This document shows positions 46,361 through 56,288 of a stretch of 64,000 nucleotides of DNA, piece by piece. The DNA is from Chitinophagaceae bacterium. GTDB lineage: Bacteria > Bacteroidota > Bacteroidia > Chitinophagales > Chitinophagaceae. The stretch spans positions 24,204-88,203 of the forward strand of contig JAOAGO010000003.1 in assembly GCA_026415715.1 (NCBI GenBank). The letters are read 5' to 3'. Numbering within the stretch: position 1 is the first letter of the stretch; every line of letters starts with the position of its first letter. Under the pieces are notes generated by a model. It worked only from the letters and a program-made list of their open reading frames with translations, had not been told where the DNA came from and did no database searches. The translations under genes were made by a program, and so were the position numbers.

Positions 46361-47773
46361 ATGGGTGTTTCCGTTCTCAGCGTCATTTACATTCTTTCTG
46401 CCATAACTTTTATTCTGGGATTAAAACTCATGTCAAATCCCGTTACCGCCCGTAAGGGAAATCAACTGGCGGGAGCAGGGATGTTTGCGGCCGTTATCGG
46501 AACCATTTTTTTGTTTCGCGACAGCAATGGCGAGTTGCTCAGAAATCATATCTGGATTTTTTCGGGCATTGCCATTGGTTCCATTGTTGGCGTTTTGGCG
46601 GCCAAAAAAGTAAAAATGACGGCCATGCCCGAAATGGTGAGTTTGTTTAACGGCCTCGGCGGTGCCAGCGCATCCCTTATTGCACTCATTGAATTTTTAC
46701 ATCTTAAAAATTCCGGATTTCCGGCAGATCAGTCAGGTCCGGGTATTCTGGCTATTATTTTTTCAGGCATCATACTGGGAAATATCACTTTTTCGGGAAG
46801 CGTAATAGCCTGGGGAAAACTCAGCGGTAAAGTAAAAGATTTTATTTTTAAAGGGCAGCATATCGTAAATCTTATTCTTCTGGCCGCCGGTATTTTGCTG
46901 GCAGCGCTTATCATCTCAAATGTACGCTCAGGCACGGCTTCGGTTCTGTTCTGGCTGGTGTTTTTCATTTCTCTTTTGTACGGTGTACTTTTTGTAATGC
47001 CGATAGGCGGAGCCGATATGCCGGTTGTTATTTCGCTTCTCAACTCGCTGAGCGGTTTATCGGCTGCCACCGGCGGATTTCTGTATAACAACAAAGCCGT
47101 TTACACCGCAGGGATATTGGTAGGTGCGGCGGGCACCATCCTTACCGTATTAATGTGTAAGGCAATGAACCGTTCCTTAATGAACGTATTGATAGGCGCC
47201 TTTGGAGGTGGCGGCAGCCAAGCGGGAACTAAAGAACAGGGAACGTATAAAGAAATTTCACTGAACGACGCTGCTGTTTTATTGAGTTACGCCAACAAAG
47301 TGATGGTAGTGCCGGGATACGGACTGGCGGTTGCGCAGGCGCAACATGCCTGTCATGATCTGGAAAAACTGTTGGAAAGTAAAGGGGTAGAAGTTAAATA
47401 TGCCATTCACCCCGTAGCGGGAAGAATGCCGGGACACATGAACGTACTTTTAGCCGAAGCCGATGTGTCGTACGATAAACTGCTGGAAATGGAGCCGGCG
47501 AATGAAGAATTTCCATCTACTGATGTGGTATTGGTACTGGGAGCAAATGACGTAGTGAATCCGGCGGCCAAAAATGACCCCTCCTCCCCCATTTACGGGA
47601 TGCCGATTCTGGATGTAGGTGCGGCGAAACACTGTATCGTGGTAAAACGAAGTATGAAACCCGGATACGCCGGCATTGAGAATGATTTATTTTTCCAGCC
47701 GAAAACGTCAATGCTTTTCGGCGATGCCAAAAAAGTATTGCAGGAACTGTCAAATGAAATCAAAAACATATAA
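46361..47773 (+). CDS. pntB: NAD(P) transhydrogenase subunit beta
   Basis: 470 aa. Polytopic N-terminus with a C-terminal dIII NADP(H) domain (VPGYGLAVAQAQ..., GANDVVNPAA). Confidence 0.92.
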   Translation: MGVSVLSVIYILSAITFILGLKLMSNPVTARKGNQLAGAGMFAAVIGTIFLFRDSNGELLRNHIWIFSGIAIGSIVGVLAAKKVKMTAMPEMVSLFNGLGGASASLIALIEFLHLKNSGFPADQSGPGILAIIFSGIILGNITFSGSVIAWGKLSGKVKDFIFKGQHIVNLILLAAGILLAALIISNVRSGTASVLFWLVFFISLLYGVLFVMPIGGADMPVVISLLNSLSGLSAATGGFLYNNKAVYTAGILVGAAGTILTVLMCKAMNRSLMNVLIGAFGGGGSQAGTKEQGTYKEISLNDAAVLLSYANKVMVVPGYGLAVAQAQHACHDLEKLLESKGVEVKYAIHPVAGRMPGHMNVLLAEADVSYDKLLEMEPANEEFPSTDVVLVLGANDVVNPAAKNDPSSPIYGMPILDVGAAKHCIVVKRSMKPGYAGIENDLFFQPKTSMLFGDAKKVLQELSNEIKNI

Positions 47774-47793
47774 ACCCTGAAAAGAGAATTACA

Positions 47794-49134
47794 GTGCAAC
47801 TGCCGGAGCTTCTGTTAACCTCGCTGGAAGGACTGCCCGGTTATCATCGTGAATCTTTCCTGCAAGCCCATGCGGAAGAAAAAATGATTACGGCCATTCG
47901 CTTACATCCCTTTAAAACTTGCGACAAACTTCCCGATTCCATCCGAAAAATTCCATGGACAACCCAGGGTTTTTTGCTTCGAGAACGACCAAACTTTACG
48001 CTCGACCCGTATTTTCATGCCGGTAGTTATTATGTACAGGAACCCAGCAGTATGTTTCTTGAAGAAGCGCTGAAACAATGCGTTGATTTGAATAAGCCTT
48101 TAAAAGTGCTTGACCTGTGCGCTGCACCGGGTGGAAAATCTACACATCTTCAATCACTCATCTCGCCGCAAAGTTTACTGGTGAGCAATGAAATTATCCG
48201 TTCGCGGGCTGTGGTTCTAAGAGAAAACATTATAAGATGGGGTTGCGAAAACGTACTGGTAACCCAAAACGATCCCAGGGCGTTTTCAACACTTACAGGT
48301 TATTTTGATGTACTGCTGATAGATGCGCCATGCAGCGGAAGCGGCATGTTCAGAAAATGGCCGGAAACCATTAAAGAATGGAGCAAACCGGCTGTAACGC
48401 TGTGCAGCCAACGGCAAAAACGCATTATTGCCGACGCCTGGCCTTCGCTGAAAAAAGAGGGAGTACTCATTTATGCTACGTGTTCTTACTCAAAGGAGGA
48501 AAATGAAGATATTGTGTCCTGGATTTTAAAAACTTTTCCTGCCGAACAGATTTCGCTTTCCATACCTGCCGAGTGGGGTATTATACCGGCCGGTTTCGGA
48601 TACCGATTCTGGCCCGACAGGGTAACCGGAGAAGGATTTTATTTATGTTGCATCCGGAAAAAAGAAGAAACGCAACCTGCGGTGAAAAAAACAAAAATAA
48701 AGTTAAATGCCCCATCAAAACACAAATTACCGATAGATTCAGTCCTTAACAGCGAAGGCCTGGTAGCCGTCCGGCGAAGCGATGAAATCATTTTGTACCC
48801 CGAACGGTTGTTGCCCGATTTTCAGTTTCTTGAAACTTATCTGAATGGTATTTATTCAGCGCTTGAAGCAGGAAAAATCGTTAAAAACAAATTAATTCCA
48901 TCTCATGCATTAGCCATGAGCCTTCGCTGTTCCGATAAAGTGCCGCGAATTGCCGTTGATTTGGAAACATCATTAAATTATTTGAGCAAAAAACAATTCA
49001 GACTGCCTGATTCACCGAAGGGATGGGTATTGATATGCTATGGTTCTCAGGCATTGGGCTGGGCACATGTATTGCCTCAACGCATCAATAATTATTATCC
49101 TAAAAACTTACGAATCCTCTCTATGCCGGATTAA
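47794..49134 (+). CDS. rRNA cytosine-C5 methyltransferase, RsmB/RsmF family
   Basis: GTG start. DLCAAPGGKST (SAM), DAPCSGSGM and YATCS catalytic cysteine motifs. The C-terminal RsmF-like extension is present. Confidence 0.85.
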   Translation: MQLPELLLTSLEGLPGYHRESFLQAHAEEKMITAIRLHPFKTCDKLPDSIRKIPWTTQGFLLRERPNFTLDPYFHAGSYYVQEPSSMFLEEALKQCVDLNKPLKVLDLCAAPGGKSTHLQSLISPQSLLVSNEIIRSRAVVLRENIIRWGCENVLVTQNDPRAFSTLTGYFDVLLIDAPCSGSGMFRKWPETIKEWSKPAVTLCSQRQKRIIADAWPSLKKEGVLIYATCSYSKEENEDIVSWILKTFPAEQISLSIPAEWGIIPAGFGYRFWPDRVTGEGFYLCCIRKKEETQPAVKKTKIKLNAPSKHKLPIDSVLNSEGLVAVRRSDEIILYPERLLPDFQFLETYLNGIYSALEAGKIVKNKLIPSHALAMSLRCSDKVPRIAVDLETSLNYLSKKQFRLPDSPKGWVLICYGSQALGWAHVLPQRINNYYPKNLRILSMPD

Positions 49135-49171
49135 GCAAAAAATTCTCATCTTTGAAAGCGAAATAAAGCAT

Positions 49172-50134
49172 ATGATGAAAAGATATTTCTGTTTGCTTTT
49201 TCTTTTTATTGCACCATCTGCATTTTGTCAAACTGCGAAATACATAGTAAAATCAGACACGAATAACCAATTGTATCTGGAACATAAGGTTGCTCCGAAA
49301 GAAACATTTTTTTCCGTAGGGAGAATGTACAATCTTCATCCAAGGCAAATTGCTGCTTTTAATCATCTGGACATGAATAAAGGCCTGCAGAAAGATCAGG
49401 TCGTGCGAATTCCTTTGCTGGATACCAACTTTACGCAGAAAGCCAAAACAAACATACCGATTTATTATATTGTGGGAGAAAACGAGGGGCTGCTCTCCGT
49501 AAGTAAAAAAAATAATAACGTATTGCTTTCCCATCTCAGGGAGTGGAATAATCTTTCATCCGATCGTTTACAAAAAGGCGCAGCAATTATCATTGGTTAT
49601 CTTATTAGTTCGGCTCCGGCTAATGAAACCGTAAAAAATGAACCGGAAAACACGCCGGTTCCTACAACAGAAATCAAGCCGGCGCCACAGCCCAAACCGG
49701 AAACGACAGAAAAAAAACCGGAAGAAAAACCAATGCCCGTTGTTGTGAAAGAAAGTGATAATAAGAAGAAAAATGAAGAAGCACCGGCGGTCAGTGCAAA
49801 TCAGCCTACCGGTGAAGGCTACTTTAAAGCGCAATATGAGCAACAAATCAAGATGAATCCCGTATCTAAAAACGAAACCGTAACCTCAGGAATTTTTAAA
49901 ACTTTAAGCGGATGGGATGACGGAAAATATTACATGCTGATGGATCAGGTGAATCCCGGCACAATTGTAAAAGTGATAAATCCTGCCAATAACAAAGCCA
50001 TTTACGCCAAAGTGCTGGGCGCCATGGCGGGCATCCGTCAAAATCAGGGATATAATATCCGCATCAGTAATGCAGCGGCAGCCGCGCTGAATGTTGAGGA
50101 TACGGAAAAATTTATTGTGAAAATTATTTATTGA
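49172..50134 (+). CDS. LysM-domain peptidoglycan-binding protein with P/E/K-rich linker
   Basis: Start at ATG 49172 gives signal MMKRYFCLLFLFIAPSAFCQ. Two LysM-like repeats, a PEPKPETTEKKPEEKP linker, and a C-terminal small beta-barrel-like domain. Confidence 0.75.
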   Translation: MMKRYFCLLFLFIAPSAFCQTAKYIVKSDTNNQLYLEHKVAPKETFFSVGRMYNLHPRQIAAFNHLDMNKGLQKDQVVRIPLLDTNFTQKAKTNIPIYYIVGENEGLLSVSKKNNNVLLSHLREWNNLSSDRLQKGAAIIIGYLISSAPANETVKNEPENTPVPTTEIKPAPQPKPETTEKKPEEKPMPVVVKESDNKKKNEEAPAVSANQPTGEGYFKAQYEQQIKMNPVSKNETVTSGIFKTLSGWDDGKYYMLMDQVNPGTIVKVINPANNKAIYAKVLGAMAGIRQNQGYNIRISNAAAAALNVEDTEKFIVKIIY

Positions 50135-50139
50135 AACAA

Positions 50140-50345
50140 GCCCCCCATTCTCTTCGAGGAGAAGGGGGAGAAAAAAAGTAGAGAGTTATTTAAGACGAAT
50201 AACTGCCTGACTCATCCGCCTGCGGGCGGATCGTGGTGTGAAGCCCCTGCTTTACTGCAAAGGAAAAGCAAAGAGCGGAAAGCAAAGATGAATTTGTATA
50301 ATGAGCCTGTCCGCTGCAGACGGGCAGAAGTAATCTGTGAATAAT
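50140..50345 (-). repeat. Decayed copy (B) of the GC-rich intergenic element, minus orientation
   Basis: Hairpin CCCCC-ATTCTC...GAGAA-GGGGG at 50141-50168 resembles the tail hairpin of copies D and E. Other GC-rich hairpins include TCCGCC-TGCG-GGCGGA at 50216-50231, and CTGCCTGACT at 50203-50212 is shared with 1103-1112. Similarity to the head is weak. Confidence 0.35.
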
Positions 50346-50433
50346 ATTACAAATTATCACCGATGGCTGATTTACGACTAAAAACTCAACTTTAAGTTAA
50401 ATCTCATCTTTACAATATTTGTGAACCCATTCC

Positions 50434-53046
50434 TCATCCTTCTATTTTCTCCGCCTTTTCATTTCTGAACACCACAAAATTATCAAATACATCAATCAAA
50501 AGAGGCTTTGTTTTATCCACTTCGCCGGCAAGAATTTTCTTCGACAGGCTGTTCACGATTTCTTTCTGAATGAGTCGTTTCAGCGGCCGTGCACCAAATT
50601 GCGGGTCAAAGCCGTGCTCGCACAAATAGTCAACGAGATAATCCGTATAATCGAGCTGGATATTTGATTCTTCTAGTATTTTCTTTAAATGATTCAACTG
50701 GATTTTTACAATTTCCCGGATTTCTTTCTTCATCAACGGCCTGAACATAATGATTTCATCCACACGGTTCAGAAATTCAGGCCGGATGGTTTGCCGTAAC
50801 AGATTCATGACTTCCACTTTTGTCTTTTCGGTTATTTCTTCCACATTTTTTTCATTCACTTTTTCAAACGCTTCCTGAATGATGTGGCTGCCGATATTGC
50901 TGGTCATGATGATAATGGTGTTTTTGAAATTCACGACACGACCTTTGTTGTCGGTAAGGCGGCCGTCGTCAAGCACCTGCAGCAGCACATTCCATACGTC
51001 GGGATGCGCTTTTTCTATTTCATCGAGTAGCACAACGCTGTAGGGTTTTCGTCTGACGGCTTCGGTAAGCTGTCCGCCTTCATCGTAACCCACATAGCCG
51101 GGCGGGGCGCCCACCAGTCGGGAAACGGTGTGCTTTTCCTGATATTCGCTCATGTCAATGCGGGTCATCATGGATTCGTCATCAAATAAAAATTCAGCCA
51201 GCGCTTTGGCCAGTTCCGTTTTTCCCACACCGGTTGTACCCAAAAAGATGAACGAGCCAATAGGACGTTTGGGGTCGTGAAGACCGGCGCGGCTTCTTCT
51301 GATGGCATCGGCTACCGCAGGGATCGCTTCATCTTGCCCAATTACCCGCTGATGCGGGGGTTCTTCCAGGTGAAGCAGTTTTTCTTTTTCGCTTTGCAGC
51401 ATTTTGCTTACGGGAATACCCGTTGCCCTGGAAATATTTTCGGCAATATCCTCGGCATCTACCTCTTCTTTCAACAGTCTTTTTTCGGATGTATTTTGAA
51501 GTTGTTGTGTCAGTTCCGCAATGATTTTTTCCTGTTCTTTAATTTTGCCGTAACGTATTTCGGCTACTTTTCCGTAATCTCCTTCTCTTTCGTAACGGTC
51601 GGCCTGTTGCTTCAACTCTTCTACCTTGGCTTTAGCCTGCTGTATTTTTTCCACCAGTTCCTTTTCCTGCAGCCATCGTGCTTTCAGGGTATCCCTTTCT
51701 ACAAGCAGGTTGGCGATTTCCGTATTCAGCTCATTCAGTTTTTGTTCATCATTTTCCCGTTTGATGGCTTCTCTTTCAATTTCAAGCTGACGGATTTGCC
51801 GCTCCAGGGTGTCCAGCTCTTCGGGCATGCTGTTCATTTCCAGTCGCAGCTTAGCGGCGCTTTCGTCAATCAGATCAATTGCCTTATCGGGCAAAAAACG
51901 GTCGGTAATGTAGCGATGCGAAAGTTCTACGGCGGCAATAATGGCTTCGTCTTTTATTCTGACATGATGATGTGTTTCATAACGTTCTTTCAGCCCCCGC
52001 AGAATAGAGATAGCATCTTCCACGGAAGGTTCATCAATCATTACTTTTTGAAACCGACGCTCCAGCGCTTTGTCTTTCTCAAAGTATTTTTGGTATTCAT
52101 TAAGTGTAGTGGCCCCTATGGCCCGCAATTCGCCCCGGGCCAGCGCCGGTTTTAAAATGTTGGCGGCATCCATAGCGCCTTCGCCACCGCCGGCGCCTAC
52201 CAGTGTATGAATTTCGTCAATAAACAAAATGATTTCGCCTTCGCTGGAAGTCACCTCCTTAATTACCGCTTTCAGTCTTTCTTCGAATTCGCCTTTGTAT
52301 TTTGCTCCCGCAATGAGCAATCCCATATCGAGCGCATAGATGGTTTTGGATTTCAGATTTTCAGGCACATCTCCGTTCACAATCCGGTGTGCAATGCCTT
52401 CGGCAATTGCCGTTTTGCCAACCCCCGGTTCGCCTACGAGTATCGGATTATTTTTTGTTCTGCGGGAAAGAATATGTAAGGTGCGGCGAATTTCTTCATC
52501 TCTTCCGATAACCGGATCCAGCTTGCCCTGACGGGCCAGTTCATTAAGGTTTTTGGCGTATTTATTCAGTGCATTAAATTCCTGCGATTGAGTTTGCGAA
52601 GTAACCCGTTCGCCTTTGCGAAGTTCTTTAATACCGGCAACCAGCCCTTTTTCTGTCAGACCGGCATCTTTCAGTAAACGGCCCGTAGAATCGTTGCCCT
52701 GAACCAATGCCAGCAACAGATGTTCGGGCGTGACAAACTCATCAGCAAACTGCTTTAAAGAAGCTCCGGCACGAAGAATCATATTGTTTACTTCGCGGCT
52801 GATTTGCTGAGCGGCATCACCTGATGTTTTGGGCAGCTTGCTGATCATCTCATCCAGTTTGCCGGATAAGAAGCGCAGATTCACATTATTCTTTTTGAGC
52901 AGATACTCAACTGGCGAATCTTCCTGTTCCAGCAATGCTTTCAGCACATGCTCGGTTTCAATGTTGAGATTTCCGGCATTAAAAGCAATTTGCTGAGCAG
53001 CCTGAATGGCTTCTGCCGCTTTTATCGTAAAATTTCCGAGATTCAT
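50434..53046 (-). CDS. clpB: ATP-dependent chaperone ClpB
   Basis: 870 aa. Clp N-domain, two AAA+ modules (Walker A GEPGVGKT and GTTGVGKT), and a long coiled-coil M-domain between them. Confidence 0.95.
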   Translation of the reverse strand: MNLGNFTIKAAEAIQAAQQIAFNAGNLNIETEHVLKALLEQEDSPVEYLLKKNNVNLRFLSGKLDEMISKLPKTSGDAAQQISREVNNMILRAGASLKQFADEFVTPEHLLLALVQGNDSTGRLLKDAGLTEKGLVAGIKELRKGERVTSQTQSQEFNALNKYAKNLNELARQGKLDPVIGRDEEIRRTLHILSRRTKNNPILVGEPGVGKTAIAEGIAHRIVNGDVPENLKSKTIYALDMGLLIAGAKYKGEFEERLKAVIKEVTSSEGEIILFIDEIHTLVGAGGGEGAMDAANILKPALARGELRAIGATTLNEYQKYFEKDKALERRFQKVMIDEPSVEDAISILRGLKERYETHHHVRIKDEAIIAAVELSHRYITDRFLPDKAIDLIDESAAKLRLEMNSMPEELDTLERQIRQLEIEREAIKRENDEQKLNELNTEIANLLVERDTLKARWLQEKELVEKIQQAKAKVEELKQQADRYEREGDYGKVAEIRYGKIKEQEKIIAELTQQLQNTSEKRLLKEEVDAEDIAENISRATGIPVSKMLQSEKEKLLHLEEPPHQRVIGQDEAIPAVADAIRRSRAGLHDPKRPIGSFIFLGTTGVGKTELAKALAEFLFDDESMMTRIDMSEYQEKHTVSRLVGAPPGYVGYDEGGQLTEAVRRKPYSVVLLDEIEKAHPDVWNVLLQVLDDGRLTDNKGRVVNFKNTIIIMTSNIGSHIIQEAFEKVNEKNVEEITEKTKVEVMNLLRQTIRPEFLNRVDEIIMFRPLMKKEIREIVKIQLNHLKKILEESNIQLDYTDYLVDYLCEHGFDPQFGARPLKRLIQKEIVNSLSKKILAGEVDKTKPLLIDVFDNFVVFRNEKAEKIEG

Positions 53047-53297
53047 AATTCTGTATTGAATTTAAACCAAACGAAAGCTACAAAAATTATTCTTAGTAAT
53101 TATAACAACTGATGTAATGAAAGGATGGCAGTAAAAAAAATAAAAAACTGAATGAAAGTCATTTTACATTAAAAAAAACTGAAAAAATTACAGTTTAAAA
53201 GAGATGATATGTTATACACAATTATTAGTAATGCTGAAATTTTTTTACAAAAAATGGTGTGGGGTTTATCGTTATGAAGTAAAAAAGAATGTAAATT

Positions 53298-54674
53298 TTA
53301 TAACGATTGCCAAACCGTTTCGGCAAAATGCTGCAGGGAAGGATCTCTTGCACCCATGAGTAAAACCACGCAATCCGGTGTAAGGCGTGACTTCAGTTGT
53401 TTGGAAAAATCGTTTCGGTTTTCAATAAAATAAGCGTTGCGTCCTGCCTCGCGAAGGTCATGAATCAGATCGGCGGCAGAGATATCTTTTTGGGCCGTAC
53501 CGCCGGCGTAAAAAATTTCGCTCATCCATATTTCATCGTTATCACGGAGAGCTGCTGAAATGTGTTTTACATATTCGTGCCGCAGAAATTTGGTGGGTTT
53601 ATACCCGTGCGGTTGAAACCAGGCGATCATTCGGGGCGCCACGGGATGACAGGCCTTTAACGCAGCGGCGCATTTTACCGGATTATGCGCATAATCGTCA
53701 ATAAGCCATACGCCGTTTTTTTGTCCGTATATCTGCATTCGCCGATATATTCCCTCATAATGCTTCAGCGCTTCGGCGGATTGTTGAGGAGAAATACCAA
53801 CAAATTTCGCCGCCGCCACAGCTGCCAACGCATTTTCCATATTGTGTCTTCCTAAGGCATTTAACGTAAATAGGGCTTCATTCACTTTAAACCGTATCTG
53901 TACACCCTGCTGAACAAATTCCGTTGCCGTTATTCCGGCAGGCTTTTCTTTTTCGGCAGAAAAATCAAACAAAGCGTTTAGCGATAAGGTAGCGGCTTCG
54001 GGGTGAGATGCATTTACGATAAATGATTTACAGCGGCTCCGAAAAGTGTGAAAGATATTTTTCAGTTCTTCCACTTCATAATGGTCTTTATCTATGTTCA
54101 GCAGCACGCCCAGTTCAGGCTCATACTGAACCAGCGAGCCGTCGCTCTCATCGGCTTCGATGACAAGCCACTCGCCGCGGCCGCGACAGGCATTTCCGAT
54201 TTTTCCTTTTCGTATCATGCGGGTAAGCCCCGCCCCGCTGATGATGCCGGGCTGTAACCCTGCAAAATCAAGTATGTCAAACAACATTGCGGCGGTTGTA
54301 CTTTTTCCGCTGGTGCCGGCTATGGCTATCGTCTTTCGGCTTTTCACAATCAGAGAAAGCAATTCGGAACGTTTCAGCAACGGAATACCGCGCTGCCGGG
54401 CCAGTTGCACTTCAGTAACCGTATCTTCCACTGCTGAGGAAGCCACAACCAGGTCAATATCATCCCCCATACCGCTGCCGTCCTGCGGATAGCAGCGGAT
54501 GCCCAACGCTTCCAGTTTTTCAAGGGTATCTTTATTTTCTCCGAGGGAAAAAAACCGGTCGCTGCCCGAAATGAGTTTACCTTCTTCATGCAGGTACTGT
54601 GCCAGTGCACTCATTCCGCTTCCGGCAATGCCGATAAAAAAAATATGCTTTGCATCCTGAAGAGATGGAATCAT
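53298..54674 (-). CDS. Mur ligase family protein (MurC/Mpl-like UDP-N-acetylmuramate ligase)
   Basis: 458 aa. N-terminal FFIGIAGSGMSALA, P-loop AGTSGKSTT, and the C-terminal Mur ligase domain. It is not in a dcw cluster here, so I cannot distinguish MurC from Mpl. Confidence 0.75.
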   Translation of the reverse strand: MIPSLQDAKHIFFIGIAGSGMSALAQYLHEEGKLISGSDRFFSLGENKDTLEKLEALGIRCYPQDGSGMGDDIDLVVASSAVEDTVTEVQLARQRGIPLLKRSELLSLIVKSRKTIAIAGTSGKSTTAAMLFDILDFAGLQPGIISGAGLTRMIRKGKIGNACRGRGEWLVIEADESDGSLVQYEPELGVLLNIDKDHYEVEELKNIFHTFRSRCKSFIVNASHPEAATLSLNALFDFSAEKEKPAGITATEFVQQGVQIRFKVNEALFTLNALGRHNMENALAAVAAAKFVGISPQQSAEALKHYEGIYRRMQIYGQKNGVWLIDDYAHNPVKCAAALKACHPVAPRMIAWFQPHGYKPTKFLRHEYVKHISAALRDNDEIWMSEIFYAGGTAQKDISAADLIHDLREAGRNAYFIENRNDFSKQLKSRLTPDCVVLLMGARDPSLQHFAETVWQSL

Positions 54675-55211
54675 TATGCAAAGAACGGAAAACTTAGAAA
54701 TTAAAACGGAAACGGTTAAATACGGGTCTGAAGTTACAATATCTTTTTTATATAAAATATTTCAGTTACAACGATTAATTAAATTCCAATTTTTAGTTTT
54801 TCAGATTCTCATGTATTAATTTTTTATTCTTTAACTGAGCAGATTGTTGTGATTATTTTCAGGTAATCATGAAAAAAAAAGATTACGGAAACAGAGATTT
54901 TGTTTAAACTTTTGCTGCATTTTATTAGGTTAATTAGAATTATACTCTTTACATAAAATTCATTTTTGCCGTTGAGCATCATAAGTGATTAAGTTCTAAT
55001 TTCCGTAAAATCAAAGGCTTAACATGACAAAAACTAAGTTTGATTTCAAATCTGAAACAAAGAATTGATTTGACTGCCTGCGGTGTGCCGCTTTAGTTTT
55101 GCGTCAGTTTCTTAGTTCATGCTTCATTGATTTTTCCGGATTGCTTCGCCCGTTGTTTGCCGGAAACCTGACTCTTGCCTGCGAAAACTTAGTCACCAAA
55201 AACTAAACAAT

Positions 55212-55625
55212 ATGAAACCACATGTAATCATGACCCGATGGATGTCTCTTTTCGTTGGAATGCTGATGTCTTTTCCGGCGCTGGCCAAAGATACCGTTCA
55301 GGTAAAACAAGAAAAGGCTTTGACGCTGCAACACATCGGCATGTACAAAGAATATCCGGTCTTTGAACTGAAAATGGTTTCGGGCGAAAAAGACGACCTG
55401 TTCACCATTGTAATTACTGACGAGGCCGGTAACGAACTGTACCGGGAAAAGACTACCGGTTGGGATTTGCCGAAAAAGTATATGCTGAAAAATGACGAAA
55501 CAGAAGAATACCGGTTAATCTTCAAGGTGTATAGCCGCAACGCAAAAAAGAGCTATGTATTCAATGTGGACCGGGAAATCAGGCTGGTCAATGAATCGGT
55601 GATATCGGTAGTAGCCAAAAAATAA
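55212..55625 (+). CDS. Small secreted hypothetical protein (137 aa)
   Basis: Signal peptide (MSLFVGMLMSFPALA) followed by a beta-rich body. No known motif. Confidence 0.55.
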   Translation: MKPHVIMTRWMSLFVGMLMSFPALAKDTVQVKQEKALTLQHIGMYKEYPVFELKMVSGEKDDLFTIVITDEAGNELYREKTTGWDLPKKYMLKNDETEEYRLIFKVYSRNAKKSYVFNVDREIRLVNESVISVVAKK

Positions 55626-55675
55626 AAACTAAGATATTCGGAAATCGGCACATTCCCGCCCCATGAAAATTTAAG

Positions 55676-55714
55676 CCGGAGCATCGAAGTTAATTCGGAT
55701 GTTCCGGTTTTTTT
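55676..55714 (+). terminator. Rho-independent terminator
   Basis: 10-bp stem CCGGAGCATC / GATGTTCCGG (one G-U pair), 12-nt loop, then 7 T. Confidence 0.7.
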
Positions 55715-55761
55715 ACTAACTAATACAGAAAACCCGTATCGTTACGGTAACCCTACTTTTT

Positions 55762-55983
55762 TTACAAATAATACCACGGATTTCTTCGGGCGGCCCACAT
55801 GTAGCGCCGCATATTTTTCCAGAAGGCCAGAATAAGATAAATAATAACCGGCGAACCCATGGTCAGTATGGACGTATAAATAAAATACTGGCGTATTTTG
55901 CTGGTAGAGATACCCAGATGTTCGCCGATGGCACTGCATACGCCAAAGGCATTCCACTCTACGATACGTCGCAGGCGATTCAT
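55762..55983 (-). CDS. PspC-domain membrane protein
   Basis: Start at ATG 55983. MNRLRRIVEWNAFGVCSAIGEHLGISTSKIRQYFIY...: a PspC-like N-terminal motif followed by a TM helix. Confidence 0.7.
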   Translation of the reverse strand: MNRLRRIVEWNAFGVCSAIGEHLGISTSKIRQYFIYTSILTMGSPVIIYLILAFWKNMRRYMWAARRNPWYYL

Positions 55984-56054
55984 AATGCTAATATATGAAG
56001 TAACTGAAAATGTAACAAGCACCTTATGCCGCAAGGCGTCTTTTTTTGTAACTT

Positions 56055-56250
56055 CGCCGCGCCGCCGGGTAAAAGGCAGGGCCGGATGAAAAAAAGCCCG
56101 GAAGCGTGATGCCGGCGAAGGGCTGCGCCGACCGGAAGGCGAACGAAGTGAGGCCGGTCAGCCTGCGGCTGACCGGCCGAAGCGACAGCGAAGCCTGCAG
56201 GGCGGCGAACCAAAGCTGAACAGCAAACCGGAACGATGACAGCCCCAAAT
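56055..56250 (-). repeat. GC-rich intergenic element, copy C (inverted)
   Basis: The reverse complement begins TTGGGGCTGTCATCG (56235-56249). It contains hairpin CCGGTCAGC-CTGCG-GCTGACCGG (56155-56177) and the GCAGCCCTTCGCC block (56125-56137 on the opposite strand). Confidence 0.7.
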
Positions 56251-56288
56251 CATCATAAAACATTTTAAACAGTTAAATACTTTTTTTT

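Noticed and set aside
51277-52155. 292-aa ORF on the + strand inside clpB
   Set aside because: It is entirely antisense to a confidently identified ClpB. The translation is low-complexity (F/L/Q-rich) with no motifs. This is a typical shadow ORF of a long gene with biased codon usage.
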